The notes beneath the pieces are model-generated. The model was not told the origin of the DNA. It saw nothing but the letters and a program-made list of their open reading frames with translations, and did not search any database. This document shows positions 51,693-61,905 of a stretch of DNA of 64,000 nt, in pieces. Position numbers and translations under genes: made by a program. Numbering within the stretch: position 1 is the stretch's first letter; every line of letters starts with the position of its first letter. This DNA comes from an uncultured Actinomycetes bacterium (GTDB lineage Bacteria > Actinomycetota > UBA4738 > HRBIN12). The DNA is taken from contig CAVPIB010000004.1 in NCBI GenBank assembly GCA_963704885.1, forward strand, positions 864,001-928,000. Direction: 5' to 3'.

Positions 51693-52541
51693 CTACGGGA
51701 GTCGTTCCAGCGCCCCCGCCAACCCACTGCGGACGAACGCCGGCTGGTGAGTCTGGATGCCGTAGCTCACCTCGTGCCAGGGCATCAGCATGAACGCGAA
51801 CCGGGCGCGCACGAGGAAGCGATCGTCTGGAGCGCCGCCGTAGGCGCCGAGCACCCGAGTCCCGATCTGGGGCCAGGCATGGAGGAGCCATGCAAGGTCG
51901 AAGACGGGATCGCCCACCTCGATGTCTCCCCAGTCGATCACGCCGGCCAGGTCACCTGCCTCGGTGACCAGCACGTGCTCCGGACCGATATCGCCGTGCG
52001 TCACGCATGGCGCGAACCGGAAGTTGTCGTCGTCTTCCAGGAAGGTCTCCGTGGCCAGCTCGGCGCGCGTGCGCGCGTCGGCGTCCAGCAGAGGCAGGAC
52101 GTGCGCGCCGAGCGACCCCACCACCTCGCGTAGCCCTTCGCGAACCGTCGCAGCGGAGATCGAGCGCATCCCGAGGAACTCCGGCGGCGTCATATGCAAG
52201 TCATACAGGAACCGGCCCAGCCGCTCGGGCCAGATCCCTTCGAGCTCCGCGGACACCGGCCGGCCATCGATCCGCCGGTAACCCATGCAGACGGGATCGG
52301 TCGACGCGTACACGGGCACGGGAACCGCCGACGACACCTCTCGATACACCTCGGGAAGCGCCGCGATCTGCTTGCGTAGCCGCTCGTCCGAGTCGGGGAG
52401 CCGAGGGAGCTGGAAGACCCACTCGCCGTTCGCCACGTAGGTGAAGCAGTCCCAGCCCCCCTCGAGCGGCACGAGCGTGTCGATCTCGAGTTCGGGCCAA
52501 CGCCCGAGGATGAACGCTCGGTGATCGTCGGCCGAGGTCAC
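51693..52541 (-). CDS. APH-family phosphotransferase
   Basis: Brenner-like HGDIGPEHVLV and GVIDWGD. Confidence 0.88.
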   Translation of the reverse strand: MTSADDHRAFILGRWPELEIDTLVPLEGGWDCFTYVANGEWVFQLPRLPDSDERLRKQIAALPEVYREVSSAVPVPVYASTDPVCMGYRRIDGRPVSAELEGIWPERLGRFLYDLHMTPPEFLGMRSISAATVREGLREVVGSLGAHVLPLLDADARTRAELATETFLEDDDNFRFAPCVTHGDIGPEHVLVTEAGDLAGVIDWGDIEVGDPVFDLAWLLHAWPQIGTRVLGAYGGAPDDRFLVRARFAFMLMPWHEVSYGIQTHQPAFVRSGLAGALERLP

Positions 52542-53746
52542 GAGGGGACAGGCCCGGTCTCAGCCGCCGGTGCCTCCGGCTCCGCGAGGGCGGGGGTGGA
52601 AAGTGCGAACCACGCCACGACGCCCCCCGCCAGGGCCAGGACCGAGGCCCCGGCGTACAGGACCATGGTGCCGGCGTGTTCGTACACGTAGCCCCCGATG
52701 CCGGCTCCCAGGATCGGGCCGATGCCGAAGCCCACCATCTGCGCGACCGAGTTCCCCGTGGAATAGAGGGTGTTCGGAAGCAGCCGGCCCACGACCACCA
52801 CGGCCGTCGTGAACAGCAGGCTGAACGCCATGCCTTCGAGGACCGTCAGCAGCGACACGATCGTCGGGTCGTCGATCAGACCCCAGAGCAGGAACCCGAT
52901 CGCGTAGAGGAGGCACCCCAGAGCGAAGACGCTCCGCAGACCCCAGCGCGACTGCCACTTGGAGGAAGCTCGCATCATCGGAACCTCGACCAGCCCGCCC
53001 GCCGCCGCCCCCAAACCGATGAGGAACGGGCCGCCCCCTTCGCTCACGATCTTCAGCGAGATGAAGTTCCAAGCGGCGTTGAACCCCGTCCAGACCAACA
53101 GGATCGCGACCAGGAAGAACCAGAACCGCGGCGCCTCTCGGAAGACAGCGCCCACCGCTCCCAATCTGCCGTGCACCACCACGTCGGTCGGACGATCTCG
53201 CTCCAGGGTCTCGCTCCACACCAACACGGCCAAGCATGCGACCGCGAAGATCGGCATCGCCCAGTCGAGCCCGGCCAGTTGCAGGACCGCGCCGTAAACG
53301 AGGCAACCGAGGGCGTAGGATGCGCTCTCCCACCCGCGGATCCGACCGTAGTCGGACATCCGTTCGTCGCCGAGCTGCACCAGCACTATCGCGTCGATGT
53401 TCGGCCCGGTCGAGACCATGAACGCCGCGATCACGATCGCCGCGACCGTGATCATCGGAAGACCATCGGCCTGGCTCATGATGATCGCGCCCACGGCGGT
53501 CCCCGCCGCGCCCAGCTGCAACGCCGTCAGCCGCCCGATCCTGGTGTCCGCGTAGTGACCCCAGAGCGGGTTCGTCACTATCCGGGCGAACGCCATGATG
53601 GCGATCACGATCCCGATCTGGTCCGCCGAGAGTCCGCGGTCCTGCAGGTAGATCGCCAGGAACGGGAAGAACGCTGCAACGACGAACCCGAAGGTGACGA
53701 ATAGCCCCTGCACCGCTGCCGGCGGTTGAACGCGTCCCCGGATCAC
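52538..53746 (-). CDS. MFS transporter
   Basis: About 12 hydrophobic segments, PFLAIYL and DYGRIRGW (MFS_1_like). Confidence 0.88.
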   Translation of the reverse strand: MIRGRVQPPAAVQGLFVTFGFVVAAFFPFLAIYLQDRGLSADQIGIVIAIMAFARIVTNPLWGHYADTRIGRLTALQLGAAGTAVGAIIMSQADGLPMITVAAIVIAAFMVSTGPNIDAIVLVQLGDERMSDYGRIRGWESASYALGCLVYGAVLQLAGLDWAMPIFAVACLAVLVWSETLERDRPTDVVVHGRLGAVGAVFREAPRFWFFLVAILLVWTGFNAAWNFISLKIVSEGGGPFLIGLGAAAGGLVEVPMMRASSKWQSRWGLRSVFALGCLLYAIGFLLWGLIDDPTIVSLLTVLEGMAFSLLFTTAVVVVGRLLPNTLYSTGNSVAQMVGFGIGPILGAGIGGYVYEHAGTMVLYAGASVLALAGGVVAWFALSTPALAEPEAPAAETGPVPS

Positions 53747-53845
53747 GGGGCGGGTCCAACCATGGTCGGATCGCTCTTGCCGGCCATGTCAGGGTCTGCA
53801 AGCGACACGTGCATGTCCGGCATGGTATCCGCGAGCGCCGGGTGC

Positions 53846-55846
53846 TCAGACCTCGTCACAGGACAGGCGGGCGTCTCCCCAGTCGGCGTGGTCGGACGCC
53901 GGGCCGTCGCCCGCGGGCGTAACGACGAGCGCGATGCTATCGAGCCCGGTGACGTCGGCCGCTAGCGGGACGGGGGGTTGCGATCCACGCACGAGGCCGC
54001 TGGTTGCCAAGCGCCGACCTTCGGCCCACACCTCGAACACGACCGAGCCTGCGTCGCCCACTTCCTCGTCGAGGCCGATATCCGCCAGGAACAACGAGCA
54101 CCTACCTCCGAGGTCGAGGACGATCCGGCTCGGAGCGTGCACGCCGATCCCATGGTCGAAGGCAAACAGCCCGACGACGATAGGGATACCGTCGTCGGGA
54201 GCTCGCTCGCCGTTGCTCCTGTCGATCTCCGGCGGGCCCCACCCGTTCTTCACTTCCAGCCACTCAATGTCACCGGCGTACGTAACCGGTCCGGAGATCG
54301 AAGGGGTGGGCGAGGGCGGCGGTCCTGGCACCTCGAACGCCCCCAGGTCGATCCCGCCGGCTTGGGCTCGGGGTTCGCCCGCGAGATCGATCGCTCCGGA
54401 AGCAGCCAGGAACGCGCCGGCGTCCACCGCCGGCGAGCCGGTCTGGAGCGTGTAATCGTGGCCCCCGGCGTCGGCGAAGGCCGGGTCGACGAACGCCGAC
54501 GCGCGGTCGTTCCCTGAAAGCGCGCCCCACGTGTCGAAGTCTTCGTAGTCGATGCCCTTCCACTGCCAGGTGCCCGTGGGGCTCCCGTCGACCGAGTAGT
54601 AAAGGTTGTGGTCGAGGATGTTGCCTAGGTTCTCGCGATACGGGTTCTCCACGAAGTCGTGCCGCGGTCCGGCGACGATCACGTTGTTCGCGATCACGTT
54701 GTTCCTGGTGTCGAACTGCACGAGCAACTCGACCCCATCGGTGTTCACGATCGTGTTGTTCACGATCACGCAGTCCTCTGTGCTCCCTCGGCGCCGGTCA
54801 TAGCCGCCGATGGCGATCCCGATCGCGGTCGCGTCGTAAACGAGGTTGTTGCGTGCCGTGATGTTCCGCGTGGAGCGGCCGGTATGCTCGCTGGCAAGCT
54901 CGATCCCGATGTTCACGTCGTGGATCACGTTGCCTTCGATCAGGATGTCGCGGCCGCCGTCGACGTAGATGCCGTCGGCGCTGCGGTCCTTCCCATACGC
55001 GGGGTTCCCGTAGCTGTCGATGTTCCACACGGTATTGCCGCGCACGATCCCGTCGCGGGCCTGGTCCACGGTCGGATCCGGAGCGGTCCCCTCGAACCCG
55101 ATCACGTCTATCCCGATGTTGTTGGTGTCGTGCACCCGGTTGCCCTCGATCAGGAAGTCCTTCACGTTGCCGTTCACGACGAGGGCCTCCGAAGAGCCGA
55201 GCGTGAGGTTCGCGAGCTCGTTCTCGACGATCTCCACCTCCCCGATCGGGTGGTCCGCGGTGGTGCCGAACACGGCGATGCCGTGGGCGTCCCCACCGTT
55301 CCGGCCCTCGAAAGTCGTCCCCATGTCGTGGACGAAGTTGCCGGCTAGCCGGATGTGGTTCGAACCCCCTGTTACGAGGATGCCGATGGGCACGTGGCCT
55401 GACACGCCGCTGCGGTACCCAGTGATCTCGAAGCCCTCGATCGCCACATACGCCACCGAATCGAGCAGGATCAGGGCGGACTGTCCGGCGGGCACCTCGA
55501 GCGCCGAGCCGTCGAGCACGACGCGCTCATCGGGAGCCGCCGCGAACGTGATGGGGCTTCCGGCCTCGCCCGAGACGCGGATCTCGACCCGTTCAGCGTA
55601 GGAGCCGCCCGCCGCGTAGACCGTGTCGCCAGGCAGGACGGTATCGGCCGCGTGCTGGATCGTGGCCCACGGGTCGTCGCGGGTCCCCGGCCCGGCGTCG
55701 TCGCCCCAGGTGGCCACCCAGAAGGCGGGTCTCTCGGTCGAAGGAGCCACCGCATCGTCGCGTGTGGCGAGAGCCCACGCGGTCACGCACAGCAGACCGA
55801 CGCACGCGGTTGAGAGCGCGGCCACGAGTCGTCGCTCTGTGATCAT
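53846..55846 (-). CDS. Secreted right-handed beta-helix protein with C-terminal NPCBM (CBM51-like) domain
   Basis: N-terminal hydrophobic segment, PGT..PWATIQHAAD, repeated parallel beta-helix turns (ADGIYVDGG), then NGWGPPEIDRSNGE, GIGVHA and DHADWGDARL. Confidence 0.85.
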   Translation of the reverse strand: MITERRLVAALSTACVGLLCVTAWALATRDDAVAPSTERPAFWVATWGDDAGPGTRDDPWATIQHAADTVLPGDTVYAAGGSYAERVEIRVSGEAGSPITFAAAPDERVVLDGSALEVPAGQSALILLDSVAYVAIEGFEITGYRSGVSGHVPIGILVTGGSNHIRLAGNFVHDMGTTFEGRNGGDAHGIAVFGTTADHPIGEVEIVENELANLTLGSSEALVVNGNVKDFLIEGNRVHDTNNIGIDVIGFEGTAPDPTVDQARDGIVRGNTVWNIDSYGNPAYGKDRSADGIYVDGGRDILIEGNVIHDVNIGIELASEHTGRSTRNITARNNLVYDATAIGIAIGGYDRRRGSTEDCVIVNNTIVNTDGVELLVQFDTRNNVIANNVIVAGPRHDFVENPYRENLGNILDHNLYYSVDGSPTGTWQWKGIDYEDFDTWGALSGNDRASAFVDPAFADAGGHDYTLQTGSPAVDAGAFLAASGAIDLAGEPRAQAGGIDLGAFEVPGPPPSPTPSISGPVTYAGDIEWLEVKNGWGPPEIDRSNGERAPDDGIPIVVGLFAFDHGIGVHAPSRIVLDLGGRCSLFLADIGLDEEVGDAGSVVFEVWAEGRRLATSGLVRGSQPPVPLAADVTGLDSIALVVTPAGDGPASDHADWGDARLSCDEV

Positions 55847-56973
55847 CCCGGTCGGATCGCCAGCCCGCTCGTCGCGTCGAACATGCGGACGTCCTCTGGC
55901 GCGATGGCCACGTGCAGCCGTGTTCCGATCTTGGGGCGCTCGTGGGGTGAGAGGCGAAGGGTGATGGTGGCTCGGTCATCGGCGGTATCGGCCAGGAGCG
56001 TCCCCCGCTCTTCCGTGATGCGGATGCCGGCGTCGCGCGCCTCAACGGAGCCGTGCGCCAACACCTCGTCACCCAGCGGCTCGACCACCTCGACGCGGAC
56101 CTCGAGACCCGGCCCGGGATGCTCCTCGCCCACGGCACGCATCGCCTCGGGCCGGATGCCGACGAACACGTCGCCATCGGGCACACCGGTGACCTCGAGC
56201 TCGAGGTCACCGGCCACGACATGCCCGGTCGCCACCGTTGCCTTGAGCAGGTTCATCGGCGGGGAACCGATGAAGCCGGCCACGAACACGTTGTCCGGGT
56301 GGTCGTAGACGTCCTGTGGGCGCCCGACCTGCTGCAACACCCCCTCCGATAGCACGGCGATCCGCTCGCCCAGGGTCATCGCCTCCACCTGGTCGTGCGT
56401 CACATAGATCGTCGTCACCCCGAGGCGATCTTGGAGCCGCTTGAGCTCCGCTCGCATCTCGACCCGGAGCTTCGCGTCCAGGTTCGACAGGGGTTCGTCT
56501 AGAAGGAAGACCTCGGGCTCGCGCACGAGGGCTCTACCCATAGCGACGCGTTGCCGCTGACCGCCCGAGAGCTGACCCGGTCGCCTGCGCAGGAGGTCCT
56601 CCAGGCCGAGCATCCGACTGACCTCGTCGACCCTGCGGCGCACCTCGTCCCTGTCCGTCTTGCGCTGCCGCAGCCCGAACCCGAGGTTCTTCTCGACGGT
56701 CATGTGGGGATACAGCGCGTAGTTCTGGAACACCATCGCGATGTCCCGGTCCTTGGGGGGTACGTCGTTCACCACTCGGTCGCCGATGGTGATCGTCCCG
56801 CCGCTGATCCTCTCGAGTCCGGCGACCATCCGCAGCGCGGTCGACTTCCCACACCCGGATGGCCCGACGAGGATCAGGAACTCACCGTCCGCCACGTCCA
56901 GCGTGAGATCACTCACTGCCACCACGGAGCCCGGATACACCTTGGAGACGTCCTTGAAGCCGACCCGAGCCAT
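55843..56973 (-). CDS. Sugar ABC transporter ATP-binding protein (MsiK/UgpC-like)
   Basis: GPSGCGKS, LSGGQRQR and DEPLSNLD; ATG at 56973. Confidence 0.95.
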   Translation of the reverse strand: MARVGFKDVSKVYPGSVVAVSDLTLDVADGEFLILVGPSGCGKSTALRMVAGLERISGGTITIGDRVVNDVPPKDRDIAMVFQNYALYPHMTVEKNLGFGLRQRKTDRDEVRRRVDEVSRMLGLEDLLRRRPGQLSGGQRQRVAMGRALVREPEVFLLDEPLSNLDAKLRVEMRAELKRLQDRLGVTTIYVTHDQVEAMTLGERIAVLSEGVLQQVGRPQDVYDHPDNVFVAGFIGSPPMNLLKATVATGHVVAGDLELEVTGVPDGDVFVGIRPEAMRAVGEEHPGPGLEVRVEVVEPLGDEVLAHGSVEARDAGIRITEERGTLLADTADDRATITLRLSPHERPKIGTRLHVAIAPEDVRMFDATSGLAIRPG

Positions 56974-56978
56974 GCCGG

Positions 56979-57899
56979 CTACCCCTTGAGACCTTGCGTG
57001 GCGATGCCCCGCACGAAGTAGCGCTGTGCGACGAGGAACAGCGCCAGGATCGGCAGCATCGACATGATGTTCGCCGCAGCGACCAGGTGCCATTGCGTCT
57101 GGTGCGCGCCCTGGAAGGTTGCGAGCCCGAGCTGCAAGGTGAATGCGCCCTGGTTCGTAAGGATCGTCACGAGCGGCCAGAGGAACTCGTTCCATGTCCA
57201 CATGAACTGGATCACGGCGAGCGTCGCTAGCGCCGGCAGCGACAGCGGGATGACGATCCGAAGCAGGATCGACAGCTTGGAAGCACCGTCTATGCGGGCT
57301 GCCTCCTCGAGCTCGATCGGGAGGGTGCGGAAGAACTGGGTGAGCATGAAGATGCCGAAAACGCTTGCCAGGTGCGGCACGATGAGCGCGCCGAGACGGT
57401 CGATGAGACCCAGGTCCTTCACGATCAGGAACGTGGGGATGAGCACGACCTGCAGCGGCACCATCAACGTGGCCAGCAGCAGGAAGTAGACGACGCCGCG
57501 GCCGAGGAACCGCATCCTCGCGAACGCGTAGGCCGCGAGACAGCACAAGACCAGGTTGCTGAGGACGATCGTGACGGTCACGACGGTGGTGTTCCAGAAC
57601 CACGTGCCGAACGCCGAGTCGCGGATCACGTTGAGGTAATTCTCGAACCGGAGGGTCCCCGGCCACAGGATCGGGGGGAAGTGGAACGTCTGCGCTTCGG
57701 TCTCGAGCGAGGTCACCACCATCCACACGAGGGGCAGCAGCATCACCACGGCGAGCGGGGCGAGGAACAGGTGCCAAGGGTCGAAGGGGAGCAGGCGCCC
57801 TCGCCCGCGCTCGACCATCCCGGTCTCTCCCGCGAGCATGGCCGGATCGGAGTGGGCGCTGCGCGCAGCGGCGTGGGTAGGGACGGTGGTGGCGCTCAT
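56979..57899 (-). CDS. Carbohydrate ABC transporter permease
   Basis: EAA motif EEAARIDGAS and WNEFLWP. Confidence 0.93.
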   Translation of the reverse strand: MSATTVPTHAAARSAHSDPAMLAGETGMVERGRGRLLPFDPWHLFLAPLAVVMLLPLVWMVVTSLETEAQTFHFPPILWPGTLRFENYLNVIRDSAFGTWFWNTTVVTVTIVLSNLVLCCLAAYAFARMRFLGRGVVYFLLLATLMVPLQVVLIPTFLIVKDLGLIDRLGALIVPHLASVFGIFMLTQFFRTLPIELEEAARIDGASKLSILLRIVIPLSLPALATLAVIQFMWTWNEFLWPLVTILTNQGAFTLQLGLATFQGAHQTQWHLVAAANIMSMLPILALFLVAQRYFVRGIATQGLKG

Positions 57900-58804
57900 G
57901 ACTGATAGTGGACGACGCGCCTGCCGAGCCAGAACTGAGCCAGGGTGAGCAGGAGGATCACGAGGAACAACACGTAAGCGATGGCCGCAGCGTATCCGGC
58001 GAGGGACAGGCCCCCGAGGCCTTGCTCGAAGGCGAGCCGGTAGACGTAGAAGACGACGACCGACGTGCGACCCAGCGGGCCTCCCTTCGTGACGAAGAAC
58101 ACCTCGTCGAAGAGCTGGAGCGCGCTGATCGATGACCAGACGACCAGCAGCAGCGTGGCGGGCCCGAGCATGGGCCAAGTCACGCGCCAGAACGAGGTCC
58201 AACGACTCGCGCCGTCGATCGCGGCTGCCTCGAGCAACTCTTGCGGAACGCCCTGGAGCGCGGCCAAGTAGATGATCGCGTCGAAGCCGAGCCATCCCCA
58301 CACGGTCATCAGGACGAGGGCGAACATGGCCTGCCGTGGCTCCTCGAAGAACCCGAACGGTCCCTGTCCCACCTTGCCGAGTAGCCAGTTCGCCAGGCCG
58401 TAGTTCCGGTCGAAGAGCCACAGGAACATGATCCCGGTCGCGATCGTGGAGGTGACGACCGGGATGAATACCGCGAGCCGGTAGAAGCGGATGAACGCGA
58501 TCTTTCGGTTCAGCGCGTGAGCGACGACGAGCGCCGCGAGGATCGAGGTCGGTACGAACAAGATCGTGTAGTAGATCGTGTTGATAGCTGCCTGCTTGAC
58601 CTTAGGGTCGTTCACGAGCCTGGCGTAGTTCTCGAGCCCGACCCACTCGCGGTCCGGTGAGATCAGGCCCGCCTTCTGGAACGACAGGATCAACCCCCAG
58701 ACGATGGGGACGATCCCGAAGACGGCGATCAGGATGACCGAGGGAAGGATGAAGGCCCAGCCGGCGGCGTGATCTGAGACCAGGAACCGCCGGAACCCCT
58801 TCAC
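57896..58804 (-). CDS. Carbohydrate ABC transporter permease
   Basis: GLENY and LLEAAAIDGAS. Confidence 0.93.
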   Translation of the reverse strand: MKGFRRFLVSDHAAGWAFILPSVILIAVFGIVPIVWGLILSFQKAGLISPDREWVGLENYARLVNDPKVKQAAINTIYYTILFVPTSILAALVVAHALNRKIAFIRFYRLAVFIPVVTSTIATGIMFLWLFDRNYGLANWLLGKVGQGPFGFFEEPRQAMFALVLMTVWGWLGFDAIIYLAALQGVPQELLEAAAIDGASRWTSFWRVTWPMLGPATLLLVVWSSISALQLFDEVFFVTKGGPLGRTSVVVFYVYRLAFEQGLGGLSLAGYAAAIAYVLFLVILLLTLAQFWLGRRVVHYQS

Positions 58805-58840
58805 CCGTCCTCCGTAGCCCGCCGCCGGATCGGACGCAAC

Positions 58841-60148
58841 CTACCCGCCGAGTGCCAGGGAATCGTTCGCCTGCGCCGCCGCCTCGTCGAGCGCGCCCTG
58901 TGCGTCGTTCTCCCCCAGCATGGCCGAGACGATCGCGAACCCCATCGCCTCAGAGATCTGCGGATAGGAGGCGAGCACCGGCCGCGCCTGCTCTACGTTC
59001 GCCAGGTTCTCAGCGAACACGTCTACCCCGGGGATGGTGGTCCCGAACTCCTCGATGAACGCGGCGTCTTCGATGACGGTGAGGCGGAAAGGAAGGTGCC
59101 CTGCGGCCAGCGCATCTGCCTTCATCTGCTCAGGCGCGGTGAGCCACGCGATGAACTCGAGCGCCGCCTCGGCCCGCCCGCCGCCGTTGTCGAACACGGT
59201 CCACATGTCGGGTCCGGCGATCGTCTGGTGGTCACCGTCGAACCCCGGCAGGATCTCGACGCCGTAGTCCACGTCCGGGAAGCTCGACAGGTCCCAAGGA
59301 CCGGTCACGAGCATCCCGATCTTGCCGCTGTTGAACAGACCCGTGTAGGGCGAGTTCTGCACGTCGAGGAAGACCGACTCGTCCTCGACGGCCATCCCAA
59401 CGAGGACCTCGAGCGCCTCGACACCCTCGGGGGAGTTGAAGGCCGCCTCCGTGCCGTCTTCGTTCAGGATCGAGCCGCCGTTCTGCCACAGGAGCGGATC
59501 GTAGTGCCAGACGGAGTCCTCCGAGGCGTCCATGGGATAGGAGAACCCGAACTGCTTCTGCGCCGGGTCGGTGAGCGCCTTCGCCGCGGCCCGGAAGTCC
59601 TCCCACGTCCACTGGTCGTTTGGGTACTCGAGCCCTGCCTCGTCGAACAACGCCTCGTTGTAGACCACGGCCAAGTTGTCGATGAGCGCGGGGACGCCGA
59701 GCACCGCGCCTTCGAAGGTCGCGGCGTCCCTAGCCCCCTGGACGAAGTCCTCCCAGTTCACGTCGGGCTGCTGCGTCCACGCCGTAAGGTCGACGAGGCC
59801 GGGAGCCGCGGCGAGCTGCGGCAGCGAGGAGCCGTACTGGTAGGTGATGTCCGGCGGCTCGCCGCCCTGCAGCGCGACGGTCAGCTTCTGAAGCGCCTTG
59901 TCGTTGTTCACGAACAGCGGCTCGATCTGTATGTCGGGGTTCGTAGTGTTCCACTCGTCGAGGAGGGCGTTGAGCGAGTCGGCCTCCGCGTCGGTGTAGC
60001 CGTGCCAGAAGGTGAGCTTGACCGAGCCCGTGGGGCCGCCGGTGGGGCCGCCGGTCGGCTCGCCGTTGTCGTCGCCTCCTCCGGTACAGGCGGCTCCGAG
60101 AAGGACGAAAACGGCCCCGATCACGAGGACATGGCTGCGCTTCATCAT
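58841..60148 (-). CDS. Sugar ABC transporter substrate-binding lipoprotein
   Basis: Lipobox GAAC, LTFWHG, PPDI and YNEALF; SD AGAGGGGG before ATG 60148. Confidence 0.92.
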   Translation of the reverse strand: MMKRSHVLVIGAVFVLLGAACTGGGDDNGEPTGGPTGGPTGSVKLTFWHGYTDAEADSLNALLDEWNTTNPDIQIEPLFVNNDKALQKLTVALQGGEPPDITYQYGSSLPQLAAAPGLVDLTAWTQQPDVNWEDFVQGARDAATFEGAVLGVPALIDNLAVVYNEALFDEAGLEYPNDQWTWEDFRAAAKALTDPAQKQFGFSYPMDASEDSVWHYDPLLWQNGGSILNEDGTEAAFNSPEGVEALEVLVGMAVEDESVFLDVQNSPYTGLFNSGKIGMLVTGPWDLSSFPDVDYGVEILPGFDGDHQTIAGPDMWTVFDNGGGRAEAALEFIAWLTAPEQMKADALAAGHLPFRLTVIEDAAFIEEFGTTIPGVDVFAENLANVEQARPVLASYPQISEAMGFAIVSAMLGENDAQGALDEAAAQANDSLALGG

Positions 60149-60177
60149 GCTGTATCCCCCTCTACTCGAGCTCTCGG

Positions 60178-61056
60178 TCATGAAAGAACCACCGATCGCG
60201 TGAGATGGCGCGGTCGATCTGGGTCGAGGCCCTTGGCATCGGCCCCGGCCACCGCCAGTCGTTGGATCATGACGAGCTCGGCCATCGGGTCGCGGCCGCT
60301 CGACAGGACCGTCGCACCCGTCGCTCGGACGTCTTCCAGTAGGTCGTCGCCGACCTCGCCGATCACCCACACGAGTGAGCCGACACCCGCGAGGCTGATC
60401 GGGCCGTGCCGATACTCCATGGCGGGGTAGGACTCCGAGAAGGACCCGCTCGCCTCCTTCACCTTGAGCGCTCCCTCGTTCGCGAGCCCGACCGTCCAGC
60501 CCGCGCCCAGGAACACGAAGTGCTCGTACGCGAGCGGGTCGGCAGGGAGGTCGGCTCCGAGCACGCGCTCGGCCTCGGCGATCGCTGGTGCGAGATCCTC
60601 CCCGAGGTGGGCGCGGAGCAGCGCGAGAACGCTGGTCGGGAACCTCGTTTGCACGACGGAGCGCTCATCCGCGAACGCCAGGGAGACGGCGACTGAGGCC
60701 ATCTCGTGTACGGGCGATCCCTCAACTCCGACGAGCGCTGTCGTTGGGCTCCGGATCTTTTCGAGAAGGCGGATGATCTCAGTGGTCGTGCCGCTCCGCG
60801 AGATCACGACGACGCGGTCGTACGTTCGCTGGGTCGGTGCCTCGGATGCTGGGTAGGCGTCTGTCTCACCAAGCGCGGCGGCTTCGCGTCGAGCGGCGTA
60901 GGCCTGGGCGACGTGCCATGACGTCCCGCACCCGACCGCCAGGACGCGCTCGCCTGCGCTGGGAAGGACGTCCGCTGAACCCGCGGCAAGCCGAACGGCC
61001 GTCTCCCAGCAACCGGGCTGAGACCTGATCTCTTGAGCGATTCTGCTCACTTCCAC
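60178..61056 (-). CDS. SIS-domain sugar-phosphate isomerase/deaminase (AgaS-like)
   Basis: EIRSQP, GCGTS, ISRSGTTTE, EYRHGP and PDRPRHLTRSV. Confidence 0.85.
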   Translation of the reverse strand: MEVSRIAQEIRSQPGCWETAVRLAAGSADVLPSAGERVLAVGCGTSWHVAQAYAARREAAALGETDAYPASEAPTQRTYDRVVVISRSGTTTEIIRLLEKIRSPTTALVGVEGSPVHEMASVAVSLAFADERSVVQTRFPTSVLALLRAHLGEDLAPAIAEAERVLGADLPADPLAYEHFVFLGAGWTVGLANEGALKVKEASGSFSESYPAMEYRHGPISLAGVGSLVWVIGEVGDDLLEDVRATGATVLSSGRDPMAELVMIQRLAVAGADAKGLDPDRPRHLTRSVVLS

Positions 61057-61119
61057 TAGTTTCGCCTGGAATCGCTCACGAAGTCAACTCGACTTGCGCA
61101 TCTGGTCTACGATACACGC

Positions 61120-61878
61120 GTGAGGCGGGTGCAGCGGCTCGGCGCGATCCTCGAGGATCTCTCGGACGGCGGGGCGGTGGACGTGTCCGCTCTCAGCGAA
61201 CGCCTCGGCGCCTCACCGGCAACGATCCGCCGCGATCTCGTGTTCTTGGACGAGCAGAGACTTCTCACCCGAACCCACGGCGGCGCGGTCGCCCAGGGGG
61301 TCGCCTACGAGCTCCCCCTGCGCTACAAGGCAGGGCGCCGGCAGGACGAGAAGCGCCGGATCGCTGCCGAGGCGGCCTCTCGGGTGAACGAGGGGATGGC
61401 CATCGGGCTTACGGGAGGGACGACGACGACAGAGGTGGCGCGGGCGATCGTGGCCGTCGACAGGCTGACGGTGGTCACCAACGCACTGAACATCGCGAGC
61501 GAGCTCGCCATCCGCACGAACCTGAAGCTCGTCGTGACGGGCGGGTGGGCCCGGTCGGAGTCCTATGAGCTCGTCGGCCCGCTCGCGGAGGCATCTCTCG
61601 CGGGGTTCAACCTCGACATCGCGTTCCTAGGCGTGGACGGCATCACCGCTGAGGCCGGCCTCACGACGCACCACGACATCGAGGCCCACACCAACCAGGC
61701 GCTGATGGAACACTCGGAGCGCATCGTCGTCGTGGCAGACGGCTCGAAGGTTGGCAGGTTGGCCTTCGCGAGGATCTGCCCGCTGAGGGCCGTGAGCGAG
61801 CTGATCACGGACGGGTCGGCCGATAGCGTTGCGGTAGAGGCAATCATCGAGGCTGGGGTCGCGGTCACCATCGTCTGA
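61120..61878 (+). CDS. DeoR/GlpR-family regulator (AgaR-like)
   Basis: SPATIRRDL, RTHGGA, GGTTT and VVTNALNIA. TACGAT -10 lies 6 nt before GTG, suggesting a leaderless transcript. Confidence 0.92.
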   Translation: MRRVQRLGAILEDLSDGGAVDVSALSERLGASPATIRRDLVFLDEQRLLTRTHGGAVAQGVAYELPLRYKAGRRQDEKRRIAAEAASRVNEGMAIGLTGGTTTTEVARAIVAVDRLTVVTNALNIASELAIRTNLKLVVTGGWARSESYELVGPLAEASLAGFNLDIAFLGVDGITAEAGLTTHHDIEAHTNQALMEHSERIVVVADGSKVGRLAFARICPLRAVSELITDGSADSVAVEAIIEAGVAVTIV

Positions 61879-61905
61879 TGGCATATCTTCTGGGCCCATC
61901 TCGAC

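Noticed and set aside
60030-60062. 12-bp repeat encoding PTGG in the SBP
   Set aside because: Typical flexible lipoprotein tether.
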